The notes: generated by a model not told the origin, from the sequence alone. A stretch of DNA of 64,000 nt from Candidatus Latescibacterota bacterium (GCA_965226795.1 CBDDDZ010000005.1:1568001-1632000), one strand, 5' to 3'; counted from the stretch's first letter, positions 10,493 to 22,041 are shown. Numbers and translations are program-made.

Positions 10493-11152
10493 TTACCCCA
10501 TCAAGTCCACTGGATTATCGGCGGGCACCGGCCGCGCGCCAAAGTCGATGAGGTGCGCATTGTCATCGGAAGCCAGCGCGAAAACCGGCTTTCCGTCCGA
10601 AAGCGCCTCTCTGCACAGTGCCTCGGTTTTTCCACCGACTTCGGCGTGGGCGATCAGAATACGGTCCACAAGCGCGGCGACACGTTCGTTACGCTCCACG
10701 GATGTGGCTGCCGTCGGGCGGCGAATACGGTCGTCGAAAAAGGACAGAATCAACAGGCGACCGTCCTCAAGCGGTTCTTTCCAGTGCTTCTGAATCCGCA
10801 TCCTGCCAAGCCCTCGGGCCGGACAGACAACGACACGCGCTGAACCCCGAAATAGAAGATCCAGAAATTCCCTTTCCATCGGGGACTGTAATCCCCCCAC
10901 AACCGTCACGCCGGTATCCCGCAGCGCCCGCGCGAGATCGAACGTCTTCAGGATCACGTCGCCAGGACAACGTATTGAACAGAAGAAACCGATCAACCGT
11001 CCCTCAAGTATCCCTGGATCCCCCAAAAGCGCGACCGGCGTCTCTCCCCCGGCGCCGGCGCATCGCCTAAACACCGCCGGCATATCCGGCGCGCCTTTAT
11101 CGAAACGTGTGATTTTCAATTGATCAGTTCCGGAGCCATTTAAGGGATTCAT
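10493..11152 (-). CDS. Short DprA/Smf-like (SLOG) protein
   Basis: LLGDPGIL..RLIGFFCSIRCPG, TVVGGLQSPME, ERNERVAALVDRILIAHAEVGGKT resemble the DprA Rossmann core; start uncertain. Confidence 0.75.
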   Translation of the reverse strand: MNPLNGSGTDQLKITRFDKGAPDMPAVFRRCAGAGGETPVALLGDPGILEGRLIGFFCSIRCPGDVILKTFDLARALRDTGVTVVGGLQSPMEREFLDLLFRGSARVVVCPARGLGRMRIQKHWKEPLEDGRLLILSFFDDRIRRPTAATSVERNERVAALVDRILIAHAEVGGKTEALCREALSDGKPVFALASDDNAHLIDFGARPVPADNPVDLMG

Positions 11153-11223
11153 TCTATTCGAGCGCGATGTCGGCTTGACGATTCTCGCCTCGGGCAATGG
11201 GGATCACATAAAATGCCCACTTT

Positions 11224-11448
11224 TCACGCGAACTCATAGAGCGGCACTATTGTTGCCGGCTGGCGGTCCTCCTCCAGCAGGCGTTCAATCCTTCGAACCG
11301 TGTCGAGATTCAGCAGCACATCGCCGCAGAAAGAACAAACCTCAGCCGGAACATGGTCGATTACGATCACCTGGCCATCGCGCCGTACGGTGTGCGTAAT
11401 GTCTCTCGTTTCGTATTCTCCGGGGCATCCGTCGATGCTGCATTTCAT
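11224..11448 (-). CDS. YgiT-type (MqsA-like) zinc finger protein
   Basis: MKCSIDGCPG...VIDHVPAEVCSFCGDVLL. Confidence 0.85.
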   Translation of the reverse strand: MKCSIDGCPGEYETRDITHTVRRDGQVIVIDHVPAEVCSFCGDVLLNLDTVRRIERLLEEDRQPATIVPLYEFA

Positions 11449-11738
11449 ACGTACAGTGCTTCCTGTTCGATGCGTTGAATGAACGGAGTTCGGAGGTTCT
11501 TACTCAGTCGGCGGATATCCACCTTACATCCAAGGGCTTGCTCTATGTAAATGTGAAGCCCGGCCAGATCGTCGAACCTCGGTTCTTTCAGCTCTGCCAC
11601 GAGGTCGACGTCACTATCTGCCTGTTGCATCCCGGAAGCATAGGGCCCATTTAGTCCGATCCGCCGGACGCCGAATCGACGCTCTAACTCAGGTTTGCTG
11701 TGGGCAAGAAACCTGAGAATGTCTTGCCTCGATTTCAT
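11445..11738 (-). CDS. Minimal nucleotidyltransferase (MNT) domain protein
   Basis: LERRFGVRRIGLNGPYASG..QADSDVDLV, KVDI, ends EALYV; the GS motif is degenerate (GP). Confidence 0.8.
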   Translation of the reverse strand: MKSRQDILRFLAHSKPELERRFGVRRIGLNGPYASGMQQADSDVDLVAELKEPRFDDLAGLHIYIEQALGCKVDIRRLSKNLRTPFIQRIEQEALYV

Positions 11739-11844
11739 TGTCGCTTCTCAAATTGTGGGTGGGCGCGTTCTGAATGGATTGGCGTTTGAAGAGAAAGAAG
11801 CAATTCTCTTGCCACAAGATCACCCGAATGGTTGAATTCAAATA

Positions 11845-14800
11845 TCACGTCCAAGGGCCTATGCCTTCAGTGATCTTGCGATACAGGAAATTCTGATCGA
11901 ACTCTTTCTCACGTTCCTTGCAGGCGCGTTTCAGGTCATCTCTGTTAGGGCGGATATTGGCCATCTTCAATTTAAAGAAACCGCCTTTTTCCGAAACGGC
12001 ATCGATTTCTTGTCGAATCCACGTCCAAATTCGCCGATCTGCTGAGCGTAGAAACAAAACCCACGCAGCGTACGCAGCAGCCGGATCCGTAGCGTCGAGG
12101 TAGACTTTCCACCAATGGCGAGCACAAGCCTCGATCCACCTTGAACGAGCTGACCTACGTTCGAGCCCCGCATTGGTGGTCTTTAGTTCGCCGTCAGGCC
12201 AAGCCTCGACAATAGGCAGTGGATTTTCCGCGCGGAAACCATCCAAGACCGTTGCACGCGCCTGCCTCCAAGCATACGGTGACGACCGGTCTTTCTGGAT
12301 GACCTCGTTGAGCCATTTTGTCTTGCCATTATCAGTTGCGGCAATCGCGATATTGAATAACGCAAGGTCGTCGGTGCGGTCGTACATTAGTTCTGCAACC
12401 TCATCTCTTAGTTTATTCACCTCAGGTGAATCCGGGACTCGGAAGACCATATGGACAAGGTCATCGACACCGGCAGCGCCTATGTAACTCGTTCTCAGGG
12501 TTTCACTCAGGACGCCCCACAACCGTACGCCTCGAGCGGGATCGTGTATCAGAAGGGCCTCGCAGCGCGTCAGAAATGCTCCCTCAGCCCGATGCACGCG
12601 GTTTTCGAATCCGCTGTTGGTTCGGAGTAACCATCAAGCCAGCGGTCGACATAATCCGATGCAAGTTCGATAACGGGCTCGAAATCCATATAATCAAGTA
12701 TTGCTTGAAAGAGTGTAACTCCGTTCCGTCGCGCTTCTTCTATTCGAGTAGCGGCAGTTTCGATTGCACGTCGATGCGCCTGTACGTACGCTTCTTGATC
12801 CAACGCGAGTTGCATAGCCTCGACTTCGTTGTCGCTCCGTCGGAGTTTCACTGAATACGAAAATGGCAGGAAGTCGACTCGAGTAACGTCGATAGACAAA
12901 TCCGATCCTGGATCAAGATCCCGTACTTCAACGCCGGTTAATGCCGCATCAAAGATGGCTGCCGCAGTCCGGACACCATGGGTATCGGCTTTGCGTCGTC
13001 GCGCAGCCTCAAGCAATCGCCACGGCGCTAATCTGGGTGCCAACTCTTCGAAAGAAACGGACGAGGAAACGTTGATCAGAGAATCAGTTCCATAGTGATT
13101 GACGTAGATGTGTCGGTTGGGATTCCACGACCAACCGTCCTTCAGGAGTTGGCAACCGAATCTATACGAGTCCGCCTGATTCAGTATAATGAAAGCGAGC
13201 TTCGCATAATCATCATCGTGATGCATTGCAAACATTTGAATCCACGACCACGCATAATCGTCGAGTGCGGCGGGTCGGACCGCCAGGAGTTTGAGCAGAT
13301 CGCGCTGCTGCTTTTGTGGGGCTGGGTCGTACCGTTTGACAAGCGCGGATACGTCGTCGGCCGTCAACGGCTTTAAAACGTGAGAAAAGTCCAATAGGAT
13401 GTCCTTTAGGTCGGCTTGAATCAAAGTTTCAATCTGCTTCTGGCCAGGCAGATTACGAATCTCCATCAACAAAAGCCGACTTGCGGCGTGAAATTCATTA
13501 ACTTCGTCAACATCGCGTCCCTTACGGCGAAGCGCATTTGCCGCGGTAGCTTCAGCGTCACCCGAAAGAAGAAAATGAGCCTTCGTCGGAAACGCGCTCC
13601 AGTATCGGATATCTATTGGGCATGCTTCAAGGATTTGCAGTTTGCGTCGGACCAGAGCCGCAAGCAGATCCGGTGCAAATCGAGCAAGCGCGGGCAAAAG
13701 TTGGTCAAAGTTAAGGTCATCTTTGGTCCTCCCTCGGGATCGGTCCAATTTCTCAACGTCAATGGTCCCCGCCAAGCCACGAAGTTCCGATACGAAGTCG
13801 TCAGATGGCACAAAGGTGGGATCGAGCCACAGCTCCCCTATTCTCTTGACCCTTGATTGGACCGCCAATCCACTATCCTGAAGAACGACATGAGCGTGTC
13901 TTCGTTCCAGCGGAAACATGCTTCGGCGTGGATTTGACAAATAATCTCGCTTGTAGTCGAAGGCGCGACCGATGTCTGGATCAGACGTGCTGCTACTCTG
14001 TCGTCCTGCTCGTAGCCGGTCAGCCAAAGCAGCAGCGCAGCGACTCGTTTCGGTAAATGCGGATGGATCCCATTTTCAGGATCGCGTCGCCGCACTCTGT
14101 CTGATAAACCACGCAACTCCTTAGCAGTTTCTTCGGGATCGGCTTCGTTAAACAGACAGAGCCATTTCAACGCATCCCAGCATCCACTATGATCTCCGGC
14201 GGCAAGGGCAGTGGCCGCTGCCTCAAGTGTCGGCATCCCTTTGCACAGTGAAAAGCCTTCAAGTATCGAAGGCACTGTCGATTTAACGAGACCTGGGTAA
14301 CGATCGACGAGGTTAAGTGGGACGCCGTCAACTGAAATTGGACCAGCGGAGTCGGTGCCGATCAGTTTCGCGAGTGCATCTGCCCTCCATTTTCTTTGCT
14401 CATCGCTCCGATTTCGTCGGGTATCAATGTCGCGGTAAACGGTTCCCATCCAGCGTCGTGTACGCTCAACAATTACTTTAAGGGCAGCATCGTCGGTCCT
14501 CGGAATTACACGCAGTGCTTTCACGGCCCAATGACGGGCCGACTCGTGAACATCGGTGTCCGAGTATTCAACAGCATCAAGCAGGGCTCCCGTGAGATTC
14601 GGCGCAAGGTCAACGACTTCCTGCCGATGCGCGTCGGTAACATTACTGTGCTTGTAACCACGCCGTTAGTAGAACTCCGGTTGCTGGCGTTGTCCCGCGG
14701 CCCTGTTCAATCAGGATTGACACTCCCGCACGAAGAATCTCCGCAGTATGATCGAATCCCGCGATCGGATCAAGCCATCGTGCCAATTCAACGTCGAGGG

Positions 14801-16484
14801 CTTCGAAGTCAATTGAGGATTGCTGATCAAGATGTTGCAGAAGGGTAACGCCAAGCGCATGTGCAACCACCGGCGGCGTAAGTTTGAGGTCGCCCGCGGG
14901 CGTCCGCATTGCAAACCGTCCATCGATGATATCACTCAGGCGTGCATACACTTCGAGTGCAGAAAGATCGGGTCGGTCGACTGACTCTCCAAGCGAATTC
15001 ATCGAATAGTGTCGAATGCCGTCTCGATAGCGCTGTGCAACGCTTTTCGACCAAGATAGCCACTCGTCTTCACTAAACGACCTTTCAGACCGTACGCCAA
15101 GTCTGTCACGGCCATATTCCCACAGCAGTCGGTGCAACGTTATTTGTCCAGCCTCGCCCAACCGTTGTCTGAATCGCACAACCAGTTCAAAAAGGCGGGG
15201 CGTGCGTGCCATTTCAAGCACATCCCGATGCAGGTCGTCACGTGCAAGTTCCTCGAATGCGAGCATCTGGTCGAGTTCACCACCAGATTCCGCATCGTAG
15301 CTGTTTATTTTAATTGGTACGGCCGGACAAATGAGGCCCTTCAGCTTAGACAGCCTATTTTCGAAATGGTGCCGTCGCGTGCTGACAATAACACGTATTC
15401 TGCCAGCAAAAGGCTCGGATTGCAGAACTTTCAGCAAATTCAACCATAAAACTGATGGCTGTTGATTCAAGCCATCGAACAAAATGGTAAATGCAGGACC
15501 TTCATGCTCTGGACGTTTAAGGAGACGGTCGAGGCGACGGTGCCAATGATTAGGGCCGCGTTCGTGTGTTAACGCATAGAGACGCTCAGCCAGCAAACGC
15601 CTTAGATCGGTATCGGATAACCGCAGATTGCCTACAACTGCCGACGATGGAATTGTCAATATGACAGATTGCTTGATCTTAGTTTCTAACAGCCAGTCCA
15701 ACGTCGCCCAGGTCTTGCCAACGCCTTCGAGACCCATCACGACCGCAGGGGCGTCATGCCGTGCGGGTCCATGCCACCAGTGGTTCAGCGAGTCGTGTAC
15801 ATTCTCGCGCCTGACCTTCTTTGTTGTGGCTCCTCCCGCGACGTTCTGTCCGAACACCGCAACGGACCGTCTCGGGCAGTTCCAGATTTCGTCTAGTATT
15901 TCGTGGGATTTTTGTCGCAACGATGCGAATCCAAGACACCAGGATTGGAGGTTGCTTTTCAATCGTTCAATGGCGTCATCAGATGCAGACTGCAGGTCAC
16001 GAGCAGCGTCAGCAGCGGAGGCGGAAAGGAACTCGCCAACCACCTCAGGAGAAAACGCGCACAGTGCAGCAAGCGGCGTCATGCCAAAGTCAGTCCAATC
16101 GATGATCAAAACGGGAACGCCATTCTTGCCACCATGCTGATCAAACGATTGAACGATCTTCTCGTTTACAGTACACGTCGCGCACAGAAACCAGCCTTCC
16201 AATGCCTCATCGCGTGCCAGGGCCTGGTCGACTTCGCCAAGTAGTTCGCGTTCGCTCAAGCGCGTCTTATTACCGTACCTTTTGCATTCCAGGCGAAACC
16301 GCCTTCCCTGTTGTCCCGCAGGTCCGGCATCAGCGCCGTGCTGAAAGCCGGAACTGGCGACTGCTATTGGCACGTCGAGCAGGCGCCCGATCAAAGCGGC
16401 TACTAGCTTCTCGAATCTGGACGAGTCCTTCTCGTTCCGAAGCTCATGTTTAAGTTTGTCTAATGCTTCGGAAACCGACAACAT
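11845..16484 (-). pseudogene. Large (~1550 aa) REase + STAND/NACHT-like NTPase (Avs-like), split by three single-base frameshifts
   Basis: N-terminal FEKLVAALI...GADAG...LECKRY PD-(D/E)xK motif, Walker A GLEGVGKT, Walker B ILFDGLNQ, RTPRLF; four ORFs join via shifts near 14645, 13983 and 12608. Confidence 0.75.
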
Positions 16485-16704
16485 TACGATGCCCAACGTG
16501 TAAATATCTCGTGAGCCAATCTCCCCACCGAGTTAAACGTTGTATATTGGGTGGAGAGGAGAGCGTGGGTTGCGGTCAAGAATCGATGTTGTAGAGAATT
16601 GCAGAGAGCGGTCTCTGGTTGTGGAAGTCCCGTACGGGATGTCTACAACGCCGAGGCCTGATCCCGATGTTCAGAAGTGCGCGAACATTGCCATTTTCGA
16701 ATAC

Positions 16705-17691
16705 CTATACTCCGACACCTCGTAATTCGTTTCCGAGGATGAGGTTTTCTGGGGCGGGAACCCAATTATCTTCAGTGGGAACAAGTAGTTGAGCCCTAAG
16801 TTGCCGCTTGTACCGTAGGAGTCCATCTGCCCTCCCCATATTTCGCAAATGTCTGGCCCTTGCAGAGTTCAAATGGATTGAGTAGTCGCCGTCAACATAA
16901 AGTAGTCCCGTGTCGTACGATCGATGATGTAGAGTGCAAAGGGCCAAGCCATTGCTGAGTGCATCGAGGCCTTTTGGATGAGCATGAGGAACAATGTGGG
17001 CAGCATCCACAAGATCCAATTGAATCCCGCACATTGCACACGTGTGAGCATATCCATCCAACACCATTTGCCTGAACTGAGCGCTTCGAGGATATGCAAT
17101 ACGGGTTATAGTGACTCTTTGTCGGTTTACCACAACTCGTCTGTAAAGGGGCTGTCCGAGCGGGGTTTTACAATGAACCTCGAACAACTCTCGGAGCTCT
17201 TCGTCGTCGGCTTGATGAAGCACCGATGAGTTTTCAACATACAAACCGATGAGGTCGGGCCGGAAGTTGATCACGTTTTGCCTGTCGGTATCGATATACG
17301 TAGAGAATCCCTTTGTCATAGCCGTACGCATCGATGATAAACGCGTATAAATGGAAAACCGTTGGGCTCGCGGGTTACGTTCCAGGAATCTATCTGGATC
17401 CCACGCACTAAACCCCTTCACATCTGCGGAAAATCCTAAGACCAATACTGTGTCGCCGGTTTGCTTGTCGTTGATTAATTTCGTAGGCAGATGGCCTGGG
17501 CACTGGATTCGGTATTCATCTGGATCAGTGCGTTTAGCAAAGTGGACGTTACCAATGAATACCGAAAGATATCGTCCTTTATAATAGAATCGGTACGGGT
17601 TATCTCCACCGGCGAAGTAGACAGCATGCGTGTGCAGGCGGAAGGCGTCGAATAACGCATGAAATAGGTCTGTCTTGCCGAGTAGAGTCAT
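16705..17691 (-). CDS. HNH endonuclease with N-terminal accessory domain (resembles methylase-associated X1)
   Basis: C-terminal CAMCG...DAAHIVP...NGLALCTLHHRSYDTG; N-terminal EYRIQ...LGF....FSAWD. Confidence 0.85.
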   Translation of the reverse strand: MTLLGKTDLFHALFDAFRLHTHAVYFAGGDNPYRFYYKGRYLSVFIGNVHFAKRTDPDEYRIQCPGHLPTKLINDKQTGDTVLVLGFSADVKGFSAWDPDRFLERNPRAQRFSIYTRLSSMRTAMTKGFSTYIDTDRQNVINFRPDLIGLYVENSSVLHQADDEELRELFEVHCKTPLGQPLYRRVVVNRQRVTITRIAYPRSAQFRQMVLDGYAHTCAMCGIQLDLVDAAHIVPHAHPKGLDALSNGLALCTLHHRSYDTGLLYVDGDYSIHLNSARARHLRNMGRADGLLRYKRQLRAQLLVPTEDNWVPAPENLILGNELRGVGV

Positions 17692-17710
17692 TTCGGATAA
17701 GCCTCGTTGA

Positions 17711-20700
17711 TCAAGCAGACGAAATCTTTTCGACAATTCGAGAATCGATCGAGTATGTCGACGATATCCATTCGTCAATTTCGCGCAAACGACGATCGGC
17801 GTACAGCTCAGTGAGGCTTGATGGCATGAATCGTTCCTTTATCGAAGTAGGTATATTCTTCTCACCGGCATCCCGGTTTATACCGCGCACGAGTGAAACG
17901 AATGAGAACAACTCTTTAAGATCAACCCAACTTGCACCAATTCCTGAAAGGAACACGAAGTCGGCCCTTCTCGTTAGCGACGATAGACGTTGGTAGTTGA
18001 AATTGCCGATGTATTTGCCGGCGTTCTTCTTGAAGACAAGTGCAGAATATCTATAATTGTTCAGCACCTCTCCGATGATTGCCAATCGATGCAAATGATC
18101 CTTTGGGATCGAAGTGACCGGTGCAACGAGATCCTCAAGTAACCAATTTGTGACGTGGAATCCATCACCCCTCGTTAGCCAATACCAGAAACCCGCGTCG
18201 CCCCCTGTGATCGCGAGAGCCGCGAAGGCCTCCTCTTTCGAACCCAACGTCACCCAGCCGGATTGCGACGGAACATGAACACTTCGGCCATCGGGGTGCA
18301 ATACTGGTGGCGGCTCAATATACGTGGAGATGAAATTGCGCGCGGTTGGCGAGAATCCCAACTTGAAGGATTCACCACGTAGACCGTGTCCGGAAGTTAA
18401 AACTGAAGTAGAAAACTGATTGTGCATTGCTAATAATTTCGCTCCAAAACGGTTCGTTAGGCGGGGAATGCCGAAAGTTTCGTTCGGCATCACATCATCG
18501 ACTTTGTTGTAGGATATATTGTCCAACAGATAATCACGATAGGCTGCGCGCCACCTGTATAGCCGGGTAGCAAACGAACCGATTTTTCGAGCGGTGGTAG
18601 TTAGCCAGATTGTGCATCTCTGGCTAACTCCAGAAAACAGTGCGGCCGGTATGTTATCGAACGAAGAAAACCAGTGAGTCCCGGTGTTAGCCAAAAGTTC
18701 ACGTAGACCTGAAAATTCAAAGCTAAATGTCGTTGAAAGAGGAACAATTAACCCACGGCGTCCGCACCGGCTTGTTATGCGGTGTGATTGTACGACCACG
18801 TAACCATATATATCGGGGAATCTTAAGCTCGTGGTAGACCGTACTCTATAACCAACCGACTTTCGGTTTACGTAGGGAGGATTTCCGACAAGCACGTCAA
18901 ATCCGCCCTGTCGCATGATGCCGTAGAATTCGACAAACCAATGGAATGGCTGGTGACTGATACGCCATTGCTCATAGGAAGCCGTGTCGCTTTCTTGAAC
19001 GCCGTACTCGCTTGCCAAATATCGATCCAATTGTTGACGCAGATCATCTAATCGTCTTCGCAATTCTAACTTCGCATTGACGAAAGCACCGGCGTCCATG
19101 TTCAAGCCGATCTGCATCGTGTGGAATATGCGAAAAGCCCGGTTTGCTAATTCGGTGCGTTCTTCGATGTCGGGAAGAGATTGGACCTTGAACAAATCAC
19201 CCGTTACTGCCAGTCTCACATCGTCGAGAGACGTAAAGCCAACCAGTGTGTTGCCGGCGCGTATGTTGAAATCGATGTCAGGTAGTGGCTCAATCTGTTC
19301 GTAGCTTTCCAGTTGCGCAACGAGTTTCAAAAAGAGGCGCAATTTACAGATCTCGACGGCTTCTTCCATGATGTCAACGCCGTAGAGATTGTTGATAATG
19401 ATGGACTTCAGTATGAAGTAGCGTTCGCTGGGGTGGGACTCGACCTGTTCCAGTATCTTTCGAAAGTCGCTCATTTTCTCGGGGCGGTGTTTACGCTTAG
19501 AGCGCTTCAGATCGTCCAGTAGCCCCCGCATAACCTCAAGGCAGGCAATGTAGACGGGCTCCAGGATGTTGAGCGCCGAGAACAGGAACGCGCCGGAGCC
19601 GCAGGTAGGATCCAGTATCGACACTCCGGTAATAGCCTTCCAGAAGGCGCGGATCAGTTCAGGGCCCTCGGTACCGGCGATGACGTCCTGAGCAAACTTC
19701 TCGACGTCGAGGTTGTACGTTATCAGGTCGTTGATTTCGGTGACCTCTCCTGAGGCGAGCTTGACGTAGACCTCCTCGTAGTGCCGACGGCGGGCTACGT
19801 GCTCCCGCCAGGTTTCCGTTGGCAGGGCATAGTCGCCTGTCGCGGGTTCGTTCCAGATGCCGCGTTTCGAGACGTCGTTGAGTCCTGCTGCAATCTCCGC
19901 TGGTAGTCCGCGCTCTTCCACGAGGGCTTCGTTCTTGTGAATATCGTACGTGATCCCGTGACGGACGGCCTCGTAGAAATACCGATCCGGATCGTCCTGT
20001 AACAGCCGCCATACCCCACCGTCGGGCTTGAATGCGATGGAACAGGCCTTTTTCGCCCTGTCGAAAAGGAACGGGATAACGGTATTGCGGCTGATGTATC
20101 CGGTGATATCCTCTTTGGTGTAGTAGGCACCCATCTGCTTCTGGTTGATGTATTTCTCGAAGATGTAACCGAGCACGTCGGGGTTGATTTCGTTGTCCTT
20201 GCGCAGCGTCCGGTCATCCAGGTGCCACGTATAGGCGTCGAAGAAGTCAAAGATTCTCTCGAACGCTTCATCGGGGATTTGGATATCCGGATTGTCCTGC
20301 TCCAGATCGTGCACGTCAAACAGGCCGCCGTTAAGAAATGGCACCTTACCGAGCAACGCTGCCAACTCCGGGGGGCGATTCTCCTCCGGTTGCCCAAGAC
20401 CGTCATGGAACAACCTCAATAAAAACAGCCGGTAGAAACTGTTGAATCGCCCGTTTCCATATTGCTGCCGCACCCTTTGGAGCCGGTCCCGGAGGTATTC
20501 GGTGTTGTTGTCGAGGAACCCGCGTTTTTGAATGAAGTAGATGAACATCATTCGATTCAACATCAGCGAAGCATACCACTCACGGTCAGCAACCGTCTCA
20601 ATGCCTTCGATAAACCTCAAGAAATCCTGATGTTCCTTCTTGAATCGGTCGTAGAACCGTCTTGTGACCTTTTCTACGTCGAAGGCCGCGCGAACACGGC

Positions 20701-21160
20701 CGGATACGTCGACGATGGTAAGGTCATCTTCTTCGTCCAGTGTAAAGGCGAGATTCTCCAGCTTTTGGATCAGTCGCTCCCCTGTATCCTCCTTGCGGAA
20801 GGATTCCGACCGCAGGCGGTCGGCCTGCCCGAGTTCCCGTTTTACCCATTGCCAGGATTGCTCGGTTCGGTCGTGGGTGGCGTAAACGATGATGTGTTCA
20901 CGGACTTCCTTCGCGACGGCCTTTTCGATTTTCGTGCGGGTGGAATGGTCGGGATACGTCGTCTCGGAGTCGGCGACGAACTGGTAGGCAACCATGCCTC
21001 GTTTGTGCGCGATGGCTTCGAGGGCGACCGACCGCTCACCTACTACAATGAAGGTATCAGCGCCTCCGTGGTCCCAGCCCAGTTCTTCGATGAAGAGCGT
21101 GCGCAGGTCGAAATTTTGCAGAAGCGATTTGACTCTGTTTCGATCTAAAATTGAAGGCAC
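17711..21160 (-). CDS. Large Eco57I/Type IIG-like adenine DNA methyltransferase
   Basis: VPFLNGGLF, LGYIFE, GAYYT, ILDPTCGSGAFL (motif I), LYGVDI, GFDVLVGNPPY (motif IV); C-terminal putative TRD. Confidence 0.92.
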   Translation of the reverse strand: MPSILDRNRVKSLLQNFDLRTLFIEELGWDHGGADTFIVVGERSVALEAIAHKRGMVAYQFVADSETTYPDHSTRTKIEKAVAKEVREHIIVYATHDRTEQSWQWVKRELGQADRLRSESFRKEDTGERLIQKLENLAFTLDEEDDLTIVDVSGRVRAAFDVEKVTRRFYDRFKKEHQDFLRFIEGIETVADREWYASLMLNRMMFIYFIQKRGFLDNNTEYLRDRLQRVRQQYGNGRFNSFYRLFLLRLFHDGLGQPEENRPPELAALLGKVPFLNGGLFDVHDLEQDNPDIQIPDEAFERIFDFFDAYTWHLDDRTLRKDNEINPDVLGYIFEKYINQKQMGAYYTKEDITGYISRNTVIPFLFDRAKKACSIAFKPDGGVWRLLQDDPDRYFYEAVRHGITYDIHKNEALVEERGLPAEIAAGLNDVSKRGIWNEPATGDYALPTETWREHVARRRHYEEVYVKLASGEVTEINDLITYNLDVEKFAQDVIAGTEGPELIRAFWKAITGVSILDPTCGSGAFLFSALNILEPVYIACLEVMRGLLDDLKRSKRKHRPEKMSDFRKILEQVESHPSERYFILKSIIINNLYGVDIMEEAVEICKLRLFLKLVAQLESYEQIEPLPDIDFNIRAGNTLVGFTSLDDVRLAVTGDLFKVQSLPDIEERTELANRAFRIFHTMQIGLNMDAGAFVNAKLELRRRLDDLRQQLDRYLASEYGVQESDTASYEQWRISHQPFHWFVEFYGIMRQGGFDVLVGNPPYVNRKSVGYRVRSTTSLRFPDIYGYVVVQSHRITSRCGRRGLIVPLSTTFSFEFSGLRELLANTGTHWFSSFDNIPAALFSGVSQRCTIWLTTTARKIGSFATRLYRWRAAYRDYLLDNISYNKVDDVMPNETFGIPRLTNRFGAKLLAMHNQFSTSVLTSGHGLRGESFKLGFSPTARNFISTYIEPPPVLHPDGRSVHVPSQSGWVTLGSKEEAFAALAITGGDAGFWYWLTRGDGFHVTNWLLEDLVAPVTSIPKDHLHRLAIIGEVLNNYRYSALVFKKNAGKYIGNFNYQRLSSLTRRADFVFLSGIGASWVDLKELFSFVSLVRGINRDAGEKNIPTSIKERFMPSSLTELYADRRLREIDEWISSTYSIDSRIVEKISSA

Positions 21161-21179
21161 TCGGAAGTCTCCTGAGGCA

Positions 21180-21644
21180 TTATGCCCGAACGAGATCGAT
21201 TAGCGAAACAGCGTCGATTTCATCGAATGGTGCGAAGTCGGTCTGGTTCTGCGTTACCAGCTTTCGGATGCCATGGGTTGCCATTGTGGCAACGATATTG
21301 GCGTCATGCAACCGTTTGCCGTGTAGGCCATGTTTCAATGCAAGTTGTCGCAGTCTACGAGCGACGTCCTGGGTTTCGTCAAAGAGTTGCAGGTGACGCC
21401 GAAGCTCATTCACGTTCCCAACCGCGTCGCGTACGTTCAGACCAAGTCCGTTCGCGTCGAGGGGACGCGATGCGACAACCATGTATTCCCTTAGAATTTG
21501 CCCACTTCCGGCAAGGCGAAGACCGCGCCTACGGGACTCGGCCAGTAGCCTTATTGCTTCACGGTGTTGGGGCCGCGATTCGTCCGTCGCGGTCAAGAGC
21601 ACGTTGGTGTCCAGAAACTGAATATTACCGGCCATCATCGCCAT
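21180..21644 (-). CDS. PIN-domain (VapC) toxin
   Basis: FLDTNVLL, QILREY, LHDANIVATM, LVTQNQTDF. Confidence 0.9.
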   Translation of the reverse strand: MAMMAGNIQFLDTNVLLTATDESRPQHREAIRLLAESRRRGLRLAGSGQILREYMVVASRPLDANGLGLNVRDAVGNVNELRRHLQLFDETQDVARRLRQLALKHGLHGKRLHDANIVATMATHGIRKLVTQNQTDFAPFDEIDAVSLIDLVRA

Positions 21645-21897
21645 AGATCTCATCCCGTTTCCACGACGTCGTGTTTCCAGTCTTGACTGTCACCAGTTCG
21701 AGCATTCGGGCATCCGCGCCTGTCGTCACTGTCCTGTCCAACGCATCAAGACGGGATTCATCAATAGACCTGGGACGAAAAATGAAGCCGTCAGGCGCTT
21801 TCTCAATCTCGAGATCGTCTCCGGGACCGACCCCCAGCATGTTTAGCACCCGTTTTGGTAGGGTGACCTGACGTTCTGAGCTTATCTTGACAATCAT
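21625..21897 (-). CDS. AbrB/MazE-family antitoxin
   Basis: MIVKISSERQVTLPKRVLNMLGVGPGDDLEI; overlaps the PIN gene start. Confidence 0.85.
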   Translation of the reverse strand: MIVKISSERQVTLPKRVLNMLGVGPGDDLEIEKAPDGFIFRPRSIDESRLDALDRTVTTGADARMLELVTVKTGNTTSWKRDEIYGDDGR

Positions 21898-22041
21898 GGG
21901 ATCCTCCTTTTAACCAGATGGTTTTTGACTTTGTTTCTGTCCAGTTTCGTTGGCATTCGGAACGTCCGGATTATAGAGTTGGTGCTGGCTTTAATCGGGC
22001 AATGATGTGGTCAGAGCGGGATTGGACCGAAACGCTTTTTT

